Virus record (IMG/VR): IMGVR_UViG_3300040985_000544
Location: 1 to 40,647 of that record
Direction: 5' to 3' (one strand)
Length of the DNA stretch: 40,647 nucleotides
DNA from: a virus
Taxonomy: Duplodnaviria > Caudoviricetes
Position numbers and translations under genes: made by a program. Of the stretch, positions 27,607-34,334 are shown piece after piece; within the stretch, counting starts at the first letter, position 1; the number at the start of each line of letters is the position of its first letter. The notes beneath the pieces are model-generated. The model was not told the DNA's origin and ran no database searches. It saw nothing but the letters and a program-made list of their open reading frames with translations.

Positions 27607-28448
27607 AGTGACCCTCCTTCGGTTTCTAGTTCTTCAGTTAGTGCCCATGATGGCAACGATAGTGTGGTGATAGTATCAGGGTATCCACTAAACTCATCAA
27701 GCAGTGTAGCTTCAGCCCAAAGCGTAAGCGCCTTGTCAATCATCATGTCACCCTCGATGATCGCACGTTGGTCTAGTTTGTAACTAGCTATTGCGTATGG
27801 ACAAGATGTCTCGACCGCAACTATGTAAAACTGCCAACCTTCTTTTAGCGCGTCGATGCCACGAGACAAGCCAGACACTGCGCGTAAGTAGAACGCTGCT
27901 TGAATGTGGTAGCCAAACTTAGACACTGTACGAGCGAATCCAGATGGACTAGCGTCAGCAGTTGTCTTCAGGTCAACTATCTTCTTTTCGTCTTTCAAGA
28001 GAACGTCTATGCGAGCCTTGCAGGTTAGCGCTGTCCTCTCGTCCTTCCACAAGAAGCTCTGCTCGGTCATGCCGCCGCCTAGTAGTCGTGCTGCCTTGCG
28101 GGAACCTGCCACGCTGTTAGCAACATGCATACACGTCACTGCTTGTTCACGAGTAATAATTGCTTTACCCTTCGACCTGTTGAGAAACTTCTCGTACTCT
28201 ACCTTGCCGTCCTTGGTGCGACGGTTGAACTCTGGCTGAACAACAACTTCGTTCTCAAAGTTTGCAGCGTTAAGAATAGTAGCGTGAACAGCAGTACCCA
28301 GTTGCATCGCGGCTGTCGGCTTCTTAGGGTGACCGACATAAGATGCAGCGTGTGCTGGAGAGCGCAGCACTTCTTTAAGAAGCGACTGGTTTACCGCGTC
28401 AACTGAGAAGTATTCCTCTGCTGATATTTCACTTTGTACAGCTTGCAT
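27603..28448 (-). CDS. RecE/exonuclease VIII-like PD-(D/E)XK nuclease (DUF3799)
   Basis: S.LK....SPAH, AM.LGTAVH..IL, CKARID, IVDLKTT and YHIQAAFY. Confidence 0.9.
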   Translation of the reverse strand: MQAVQSEISAEEYFSVDAVNQSLLKEVLRSPAHAASYVGHPKKPTAAMQLGTAVHATILNAANFENEVVVQPEFNRRTKDGKVEYEKFLNRSKGKAIITREQAVTCMHVANSVAGSRKAARLLGGGMTEQSFLWKDERTALTCKARIDVLLKDEKKIVDLKTTADASPSGFARTVSKFGYHIQAAFYLRAVSGLSRGIDALKEGWQFYIVAVETSCPYAIASYKLDQRAIIEGDMMIDKALTLWAEATLLDEFSGYPDTITTLSLPSWALTEELETEGGSL

Positions 28449-28450
28449 CG

Positions 28451-28849
28451 TTACTCACCTCCCTTGTCGAGTAGCGCTAACGCGTCAGCCATCATGGCGA
28501 CCACAACCTTCTCGTCAGAACTAAGTGTGGTATACATTACCGCAGCCTTCATTAGGTAACAACGACGCTCGGCTGCATCTACTGTTGGTGGAACCTTTGC
28601 AACTACAGACTTGCCGCGAGGACGTTGAGTACTCTTTGCACGCGGTGTTGCTGTGGACGCTTCGCGAGCCGATAGGATTCGACTGTAGTGGGTGTGAGAA
28701 AGTTTCGCTAGGTCGCGGATGTGCTTGCGGTTAGGAACCGTTGCACCTCGTATCCAACTGCACGCGGTTACGTGGGAAACTTGGCAGGTCTTCACGATCT
28801 GCTTTGGTGTGACTTTCTTGTCACGTAGAATAGTACTTATGGTAATCAT
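28451..28849 (-). CDS. Cro/CI-like HTH regulator
   Basis: T.KQIV..C.VS..T..SW..G..VP...I..LA N-terminal HTH; GGAG RBS; no S24 peptidase domain. Confidence 0.65.
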   Translation of the reverse strand: MITISTILRDKKVTPKQIVKTCQVSHVTACSWIRGATVPNRKHIRDLAKLSHTHYSRILSAREASTATPRAKSTQRPRGKSVVAKVPPTVDAAERRCYLMKAAVMYTTLSSDEKVVVAMMADALALLDKGGE

Positions 28850-29007
28850 TTTTTATCTCCTTTTTTAGATATAGATTCGTTAGTACGTTTGTTGTTTTGT
28901 AGTTCTGCTGCAACGAGTTGTATTTGCTTTATCTCGTTTAGTATTCGCTGCGCTTCTGGGCTCAACGTAACTATGTCCCTGTGATGTTTGTTTGTTTTTT
29001 TATTCAT
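28846..29007 (-). CDS. 53-aa hypothetical protein (not in ORF track)
   Basis: MNKKTNKHHRDIVTLSPEAQRILNEIKQIQLVAAELQNNKRTNESISKKGDKK*; fills the gap exactly and has an ATGA overlap with the HTH gene. Confidence 0.6.
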   Translation of the reverse strand: MNKKTNKHHRDIVTLSPEAQRILNEIKQIQLVAAELQNNKRTNESISKKGDKK

Positions 29008-29009
29008 GG

Positions 29010-29384
29010 TTAATCCAACTTACTCCAACCGAATACCTGCGGCGTTCGCGGGTCCTTGGCTAGTTTATCATTTACGTAGTCAGCCATTGCGTTGGCGTGG
29101 ACACGCGCTAGATCAGCACTCTGCCCATAACTACGGATCATGATGCTGTAGCCACCATCTGGACCGTAGCCCATGCCCCAGTCACGACTCTCCTTCGTTC
29201 GGTATCGCATCCAAGCAGCCAAGCCACCCTTCACTCCACGCGGAGCGTTAGGTATCTGCAACCAACCCCAACCGCAGCCAAAGGCGTGAGCAGTTACGCC
29301 CGATGCTTTGACCACGTTGCGAGCATACTTATGTGCGCCAGCAATAATCTCTTCGTAGTTGAATATACGTTCTCGTTCTTTCAT
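29010..29384 (-). CDS. Conserved phage hypothetical protein (CG.xW...QS...A.A...SxLD family)
   Basis: Start ATG 29384 after AAGGAGGAGG; CGWGWLQI..GQSA..A..A.A..WSKLD. Confidence 0.7.
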   Translation of the reverse strand: MKERERIFNYEEIIAGAHKYARNVVKASGVTAHAFGCGWGWLQIPNAPRGVKGGLAAWMRYRTKESRDWGMGYGPDGGYSIMIRSYGQSADLARVHANAMADYVNDKLAKDPRTPQVFGWSKLD

Positions 29385-29653
29385 AGTGCCTCCTCCTTTA
29401 GGATAATGCGTTGTGTAACTTTCTTGATAGAGTCTGTGCGGAAACTTCGCCAAGCTTTCTTGCGGATGTCCCAGACAGGTAGAGCCTCTGTGCTCTCTTT
29501 ACGACCAGTGCCTTTTGGGTGGCTCTCTTCTGGTATCTGGTTGAGATCACGAGTGCACGTCATCATGCGCTGCGTGCCATCTTTTTTCATGAACACTACT
29601 GTGCATTCGCCAGCGTTGAGAAGTTCCTTCATTTGTTGAAATACGTTCATCAC
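29381..29653 (-). CDS. WYL_2 / Sm-like SH3 beta-barrel protein (DUF2693-like)
   Basis: V.F.KKDG..R.M.CT and VWD..K.AWRSFR.D signature; GGAGG RBS. Confidence 0.8.
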   Translation of the reverse strand: MMNVFQQMKELLNAGECTVVFMKKDGTQRMMTCTRDLNQIPEESHPKGTGRKESTEALPVWDIRKKAWRSFRTDSIKKVTQRIILKEEAL

Positions 29654-29979
29654 TTACCTCCTATTCGTTCTATACCGTTCTTGACAAACCACGCTGCGAG
29701 CGGAACTACAGTCGAACCTTCAACAACGCCAGTCGTATGGTTGAGAAGTGATAGTTCTTTACGCTGCACTTTCAATCGTACTGGATGCATCCACCCATGT
29801 TGGATAAACGTGTCGCTGCCGATTCGTACGCGTACCGAGCGGAAACCCTTTCGGGGTCCTGCGTCTACGCTGACGACCGTGCCTTGCCTGCGACCAAAGT
29901 AACCAGATCGTCGCCCAGTCGCGTCTGAGATAAAGAATGCTACCTCTTTACCTATTAGTTGTTCGTATCCCTTAACCAT
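29650..29979 (-). CDS. Hypothetical early protein
   Basis: Preceded by the repeated leader with AAGGAGG. Confidence 0.7.
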   Translation of the reverse strand: MVKGYEQLIGKEVAFFISDATGRRSGYFGRRQGTVVSVDAGPRKGFRSVRVRIGSDTFIQHGWMHPVRLKVQRKELSLLNHTTGVVEGSTVVPLAAWFVKNGIERIGGK

Positions 29980-30005
29980 ACTGTGCCTCCTTTAGGCGTT
30001 CGGTT
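29977..30005 (-). repeat. Conserved early-gene leader/RBS repeat, copy 3
   Basis: Minus strand AACCGAACGCCTAAAGGAGGCACAGTATG. Confidence 0.9.
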
Positions 30006-30007
30006 GT

Positions 30008-30099
30008 GAGCTCAAAAAGACGGGGACTGTCTAAGCAACACTCCGCGCGCTGCACTCCTCAAAGGGAGTAGACTTAATGTCCCCGCCTGTGCGGAGCTC
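30008..30099 (-). ncRNA. Unidentified structured RNA (long stem, three-way junction, possible pseudoknot)
   Basis: Minus-strand pairings GGCGGGGAC/GTCCCCGTC, TTAAG/CTTAG, TACTCC/GGAGTG and CAGCGC/GTGTTG; the G-U pairs work only on the minus strand. Confidence 0.6.
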
Positions 30100-30103
30100 G
30101 TTG

Positions 30104-30163
30104 TGACCAGTCTCATCAGTGTGGGTAGGTCAGTTCCCACATACGCCCGAAGGCGTTTCGACT
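30104..30163 (-). ncRNA. Type II hammerhead ribozyme (copy 2, GUA cleavage triplet)
   Basis: AGTC GAAA CGCC TTCG GGCG TA^TGTGGG AACTGACCTA CCCACA CTGATGA GACT GGTCA: complete catalytic core, three stems, loop I TGACC pairing with 3' GGTCA. Confidence 0.93.
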
Positions 30164-30457
30164 TTACCTATCTGTCCACCCATTCTGTTCTGCATACATT
30201 ATTTCAAATTGTCGGTCTTCAAGTATGTCTATTGGTGCGTTCACCCAATCCCTGCAAACCCCTATGTTCTTTAGAACCTGATAGAACGCTTTACAGCCAT
30301 CTTCCGTACCTTTTACTTCTAATGCACTTTCACATAGCCCACGATAAGTTGCGAGTGATATTTTTACACGCTCACCAATTTTTATGCCATGAGCGTATCC
30401 ATCAGCATATTGTTCTAGTACAAGTTTGTTAAATACTTTTTTTGTTCGTTCGTTCAT
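30164..30457 (-). CDS. Hypothetical early protein
   Basis: Bounded by the repeated leader and, immediately after its TAA, a hammerhead ribozyme. Confidence 0.75.
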   Translation of the reverse strand: MNERTKKVFNKLVLEQYADGYAHGIKIGERVKISLATYRGLCESALEVKGTEDGCKAFYQVLKNIGVCRDWVNAPIDILEDRQFEIMYAEQNGWTDR

Positions 30458-30484
30458 AATAGTGCCTCCTTTAGGCGATCGGTT
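30455..30484 (-). repeat. Conserved early-gene leader/RBS repeat, copy 2
   Basis: Minus strand AACCGATCGCCTAAAGGAGGCACTATTATG. Confidence 0.9.
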
Positions 30485-30489
30485 TTAAG

Positions 30490-30546
30490 TGGCTGTCTCA
30501 TCAGTACAGGTAGCCAATCCTGTAGACGCCCGAAGGCGTTTCGACT
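30490..30546 (-). ncRNA. Type II hammerhead ribozyme (copy 1, GUC cleavage triplet)
   Basis: AGTC GAAA CGCC TTCG GGCG TC^TACAGG ATTGGCTA CCTGTA CTGATGA GAC AGCCA: complete core, loop I TGGCT pairing with 3' AGCCA. Confidence 0.93.
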
Positions 30547-30873
30547 TTAAGCAATACGACGATCAAATAGAACTGGAAGCCCTAAGTGCCAGTCTCCTGT
30601 TTCATCGTGTTGGTATAAATTGTGTACGTTGATTGGTTTTTCTGATTCGTGTAATAAAACGAGGGCTAGTCCAAACTCTACTTCTATTCCTGCGTAGTAA
30701 CTTTTCGCTAGTTGAAAATCTACCTCTATAACATCTACCGACTCGATAAGTTCTTGTGTCACTTTGGGATGGTGGGAGTGTGCGGGATGTGACCTCTCAA
30801 TCTTTAGCCTAAGATTGCGGAGTTCTTTGTCCTGCATTGGTCGTTCTGATTTGTTAATAATTGGGTTGCTCAT
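30547..30873 (-). CDS. Hypothetical early protein (first gene of the leftward operon)
   Basis: Start ATG 30873 within the repeated leader; TAA abuts hammerhead copy 1. Confidence 0.75.
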   Translation of the reverse strand: MSNPIINKSERPMQDKELRNLRLKIERSHPAHSHHPKVTQELIESVDVIEVDFQLAKSYYAGIEVEFGLALVLLHESEKPINVHNLYQHDETGDWHLGLPVLFDRRIA

Positions 30874-30900
30874 AATAGTGCCTCCTTTAGGCGTTCGGTT
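30871..30900 (-). repeat. Conserved early-gene leader/RBS repeat, copy 1
   Basis: Minus strand AACCGAACGCCTAAAGGAGGCACTATTATG. Confidence 0.9.
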
Positions 30901-30927
30901 ATTGGCAGCTGAATTGCTGACTTGCGT

Positions 30928-30958
30928 AGTGTAGCAGAAATTGTCCATCGGTGCTCAA
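30928..30958 (-). promoter_or_regulatory. Candidate leftward early promoter (extended -10)
   Basis: Minus strand TGcTACACT at 30936-30928; TTGAGC lies 19 bp upstream of the hexamer, which is suboptimal spacing. Confidence 0.45.
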
Positions 30959-31004
30959 TAATGTCCAATAGAGTCCAACGGTGTATCATAATGTACCATG
31001 AGTA

Positions 31005-31061
31005 GCACAACATATTGTGGTCGATGAATGCAAATAGTTGCTACACCACTACATGTTGGGG
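31005..31061. promoter_or_regulatory. Tandem NrdR-box-like operators
   Basis: GCACAACATATTGTGG (31005-31020) and CCACTACATGTTGGGG (31046-31061) fit acaCwAtATaTwGtgt and start 41 bp apart. Confidence 0.65.
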
Positions 31062-31185
31062 TATGAAAAAAAGCAAAAAAAAATAAAATAGTTTTAGAGC
31101 GTCTCTTCTGACATCATTATGTTTCTTTTGTTTCTTCAGTATCATCCGTATCTCTCCGTATCCTCTGTCTCTTCTGTCAAGAGAG

Positions 31186-31335
31186 ATAGCATACCTATAG
31201 CAGTGCCATTAGCAAAAGGTATGGCAAACGCATAGCAAAAGGTATAGCAAAAGGTATAGCAAAACGATGGTAATCACAATCACAATCACAACTACAACTA
31301 TAAGAACAAAAACAAGAACAAATATATATACTAAT
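31186..31335 (+). repeat. Iteron array plus hexamer repeats and AT-rich tract: probable replication origin
   Basis: Seven 11-12 bp units (consensus ATAGCAAAAGGT) at 31186-31266, then AATCAC x3, AACTAC, AACTAT, AAGAAC-type hexamers and ATATATATA. Confidence 0.75.
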
Positions 31336-31361
31336 ATGCAATTTCTTTTGAAAGAATCAAG

Positions 31362-31390
31362 TTGATTGTTCCTTTGTCTTCTGTTAAACT
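31362..31390 (+). promoter_or_regulatory. Sigma70-type promoter for the tRNA/terminase operon
   Basis: TTGATT-17 bp-TAAACT with extended TG; predicted start about 31397. Confidence 0.6.
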
Positions 31391-31396
31391 CCCATT

Positions 31397-31469
31397 GCCC
31401 TTGTAGCTCAGCGGATAGAGCATCGGATTTCTAATTCGGTCGTCACAGGTTCGATTCCTGTCAGGGGTG
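31397..31469 (+). tRNA. tRNA-Arg (anticodon TCT); CCA not encoded
   Basis: Cloverleaf: GCCCTTG/CAGGGGT acceptor, GCTC/GAGC D-stem, TCGGA-TTTCTAA-TTCGG anticodon arm, ACAGG-TTCGATT-CCTGT T-arm. Confidence 0.92.
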
Positions 31470-31470
31470 T

Positions 31471-31902
31471 TTGAAACACGAAATGTTAGGCAAACTCGAT
31501 CAGTACATCAGACTCATTCCAACGATGGGCAAGGTGGCAGCGATGCGAGAGGCAGGGATTAGCTCCACGGTCGTTTACAGTAACCGCAAGACATCTGAGG
31601 GGTTCGCAGCTGAAGAGGCTCACGCGTACGCTGAGAGACTCGACAGGATAGAGCAAGAGATGGAATGTATAGCGCTTGGCGAGAGTGAAGGCACGTCAGT
31701 TCAAGTGAACGCTGCGAACATGATCCTCAAAGCAAACAGGGGTAACTACCACAACACAACTCATGTAGTTGGCGCTGGCGGTGGAGCAATTCAGATACAA
31801 CAGACGATAGACAAGCAGGTCGTGGAAGACGCGGTCAAGCAATTGCAATCACAAATGCTGGCATTACCACCAGCGGAGGACAGAGAAGATGCTACTAGCT
31901 GA
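31471..31902 (+). CDS. terS: Terminase small subunit
   Basis: N-terminal HTH (G.V.AA...AGIS...VY..RK....F), LKA..G.Y and GAGGGAIQI tail; upstream of TerL. Start is TTG 31471 or ATG 31483. Confidence 0.75.
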   Translation: MKHEMLGKLDQYIRLIPTMGKVAAMREAGISSTVVYSNRKTSEGFAAEEAHAYAERLDRIEQEMECIALGESEGTSVQVNAANMILKANRGNYHNTTHVVGAGGGAIQIQQTIDKQVVEDAVKQLQSQMLALPPAEDREDATS

Positions 31903-32140
31903 TGGATTTGAAGATGCGGTCATTGGGTACATTGAAGCAATGCGAGAGCCGATGCGCGTTGTGTACGACAGAGAGAAGTGCATTCAAATACTGATGAACG
32001 AGGAGCATGGTGGTCTTGATCGTGAAGAGGCAGAAGATTACTTTGAGTACAACGTGGCTGGATCGTACGTTGGCGAGATGACTCCAGTTTACATGATCAC
32101 TGCAACCGTGGAAGAAATCCATGAACTTGCAGACGCATGA
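31889..32140 (+). CDS. Conserved phage hypothetical protein
   Basis: ADGFEDAVIG..VVYD..KCI..L..EEA.DYFEYNV.GSYVGE.TP, a widespread small acidic phage family. Confidence 0.75.
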   Translation: MLLADGFEDAVIGYIEAMREPMRVVYDREKCIQILMNEEHGGLDREEAEDYFEYNVAGSYVGEMTPVYMITATVEEIHELADA

Positions 32141-33827
32141 CGAGGAAACCATTGAGCTCGCTGTACAGCTTCGCCGTATGGCTGTCGGGACCAATGAAGA
32201 ACAAGAAGCGGTCAAAGAGATATGCAAGAATGATCCCGTCGCCTTTCTTATGGCTGCAGGGTGGACCAAAGTCGTCAAAGAAGTCACGGTCGATGGAACA
32301 GAGCGTCCAGCTGAAACCTCGTCGCAGCCGTTTATCCCGTGGCGCTCTCAAAGAGAAGTCCTAAGAGATGTAGCAAAGTGTGTGCTGAATGGTCAGGACA
32401 TAGCGTGGGCAAAGTCTAGGGAGATGGGTGCTTCATGGCTCATGCTCTCCCTATCGCTATGGGGATTCCTATACCACGACTGGTCAGTGCTGCTATGCTC
32501 ACGAACTGAAGACTTGGTAGACAGGTCTGGTGACCTTGACTCCCTCTTCCCTCGAATTGATTCGATGGTTGAAAGGTTGCCGTCCTGCTTACTACCATGC
32601 GATCGTAAAGAGCTGCTGCCATCTGGCAAGTACCGAAGACACATGGTGCTGTCACATCCAGACGGGCATTCGATAGTAGGTCAGTCAACGACTGAGCACA
32701 TTGGTCGTGGTGGTAGACGTACAGTTGTCATCTTCGACGAAGCAGCAGCGCAAGAGAAGCTTGAAGCAGCGTGGCGATCGGCAGCGGATACAACATCATG
32801 CAGGATAGCCGTAAGTACTCACCTTACAGGTAGTTACTTCACGCGCAGCATCTGGGCAAACGCAGTAGACTTGAAGGAACCTAAGCCAATACTCACAACA
32901 TACGTTGGTCATCCAGCCAAAGCGCAGGGCGGAGAGTGGCGGACCGACAAGGATGGGACGATCACGGGCGAGCCAGCAAGGAGATACTACTGGTCACCTT
33001 GGTTCGATAGGCAGTGCAAGCGTCGTGACATGGTCGATATACGGGAGAACATACTAGCGCTGCCATCTACAGCAGGCAAGGGGTTCTTCCCATTGGCGAA
33101 CATAGTACGTTGCAGGGCAGAGGTTTACAAGCCTAGAAGGTGCGACGTAGTTCGCGGCACACTGGTGGATGTACCCGACGGAAGGTGGCGCATATTCAGG
33201 GAGCCAACCGAGACAAGCAAGCTAGTAATAGCAGCTGACCCTGCGTACGGTACTGGTAGGAACAACTCCGCAGCTGTGATGATGGACGTAGAGAGGCGCG
33301 AGGTAGTGGCAACATACATTGATCCTCACTGCTCACCGTACGAGTTGAGTCAGATAATGGTTGAAGCTGGTAGGACATGGGCACGAGGTAGGTCACAAAT
33401 GCTTATCGGATGGGAAGTTAACGGTGCTGGTGCTGCAATGCATAAGGACTTGGAGCGTTTACGTTACCCAGCGATATGGAGCTCTAGTCGTGGTAGGTAT
33501 GGCTGGCTGTCAACCCGTCAATCCAAGAGGGAGCTGTTTGGATCGCTGGCTCGTGCAATAGCAGACGGAACTGTGTGCATACCAGACAAGGAAATCCTAG
33601 ACGAAATGGAATCAACAGTGGTGTACGATAACGGTGGCATAGGTCCAGCAAGGCTAGAAGTAGACAAGTCATCAGGTGCAGCGGAAGCTCATGGTGACAG
33701 AGTTGTGGCAATGTCGGTGGCATTATTGATGTGTGAAACGTCTACAGGTAGTTCAGATAGGATTGCAGCGGAGACGGGCTTACCAGATTTCACTGCTAAA
33801 TCAATCCTAAAAATGGACGAAGTGTAA
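32121..33827 (+). CDS. terL: Terminase large subunit
   Basis: Walker A KSREMGASW, Walker B VVIFDEAA, GRGGR, nuclease motifs AADPAYG, WEVNG.G and HGDRVVA. Confidence 0.92.
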   Translation: MNLQTHDEETIELAVQLRRMAVGTNEEQEAVKEICKNDPVAFLMAAGWTKVVKEVTVDGTERPAETSSQPFIPWRSQREVLRDVAKCVLNGQDIAWAKSREMGASWLMLSLSLWGFLYHDWSVLLCSRTEDLVDRSGDLDSLFPRIDSMVERLPSCLLPCDRKELLPSGKYRRHMVLSHPDGHSIVGQSTTEHIGRGGRRTVVIFDEAAAQEKLEAAWRSAADTTSCRIAVSTHLTGSYFTRSIWANAVDLKEPKPILTTYVGHPAKAQGGEWRTDKDGTITGEPARRYYWSPWFDRQCKRRDMVDIRENILALPSTAGKGFFPLANIVRCRAEVYKPRRCDVVRGTLVDVPDGRWRIFREPTETSKLVIAADPAYGTGRNNSAAVMMDVERREVVATYIDPHCSPYELSQIMVEAGRTWARGRSQMLIGWEVNGAGAAMHKDLERLRYPAIWSSSRGRYGWLSTRQSKRELFGSLARAIADGTVCIPDKEILDEMESTVVYDNGGIGPARLEVDKSSGAAEAHGDRVVAMSVALLMCETSTGSSDRIAAETGLPDFTAKSILKMDEV

Positions 33828-33845
33828 AAAAAAGTAAAAAAAGTC

Positions 33846-33874
33846 TTGACAGTATTCTGTTAGGGTGGTTTAAT
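33846..33874 (+). promoter_or_regulatory. Candidate promoter for the structural operon
   Basis: TTGACA-17 bp-TTTAAT with TG extension and upstream A-tracts; the -10 lacks the conserved second-position A. Confidence 0.45.
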
Positions 33875-33905
33875 TACCGATAAGAACAAATAAAGGGAGC
33901 GTACA

Positions 33906-34208
33906 ATGGCTCAAGTAGTAGAGAGACAGAAGCCAGTGGAGATATTCCACGGTCACAACTTAAACATAGCGAACGCTTCGGCGACAGTGCTTGGTCCTTC
34001 GTCGGACTTGGTAGCATCAGAGGTAACCATCAAAGCTATGGTAACCAACGTGGGCGCTGTGTATATTGGATCATCATCAGTAAGCTCAAGCAACGGCTTT
34101 GAACTACGTGCAGGTCAGCAAGTGACAGTAACAGCAGGCTCGCCTAGCGACTTGTATGTCCGTGCTGCAACAGGCACAGCTGACGACGTATCTTGGATAG
34201 CAACATAA
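33906..34208 (+). CDS. Small beta-rich probable virion protein
   Basis: AAGGGAG RBS; V.IKA...N.G.VYIG...VS..NGFEL..G pattern common in phage structural genes. Confidence 0.65.
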   Translation: MAQVVERQKPVEIFHGHNLNIANASATVLGPSSDLVASEVTIKAMVTNVGAVYIGSSSVSSSNGFELRAGQQVTVTAGSPSDLYVRAATGTADDVSWIAT

Positions 34209-34223
34209 TAAAAGGGGCGACAC

Positions 34224-34334
34224 ATGCCATCAGGTAAAGGCACATACGGTAGCAAGGTAGGCAGACCACCTAAGAAGAAGGTAGGCAAGAAGAAGAAGGC
34301 GACCAAGAAGGTTAAGAAGAAGGGCGGCTATTGA
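34224..34334 (+). CDS. 36-aa Lys-rich peptide with AT-hook-like GRP motif (not in ORF track)
   Basis: MPSGKGTYGSKVGRPPKKKVGKKKKATKKVKKKGGY*; AAGGGG RBS; stop overlaps the next start. Confidence 0.8.
   Translation: MPSGKGTYGSKVGRPPKKKVGKKKKATKKVKKKGGY

Noticed and set aside
30008-30099. Known small ribozyme (twister, pistol, hatchet, hairpin, HDV-like)
   Set aside because: Their conserved core nucleotides could not be placed by eye; kept as an unknown structured RNA.
30139-30163. Rho-independent terminator (CGCC-TTCG-GGCG hairpin after a stop codon; also near 30530)
   Set aside because: No U-tract follows, and the hairpin is stem III of a complete hammerhead core.
29977-30900. CRISPR array or integron attC sites
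   Set aside because: The repeats are separated by whole ORFs of 300-400 bp, contain RBS or ribozyme cores, and there is no cas or intI gene.
31186-31335. Protein-coding gene or mini-CRISPR
   Set aside because: Stops interrupt the plus-strand frames, no ORF is called here, and the units are contiguous with no spacers.
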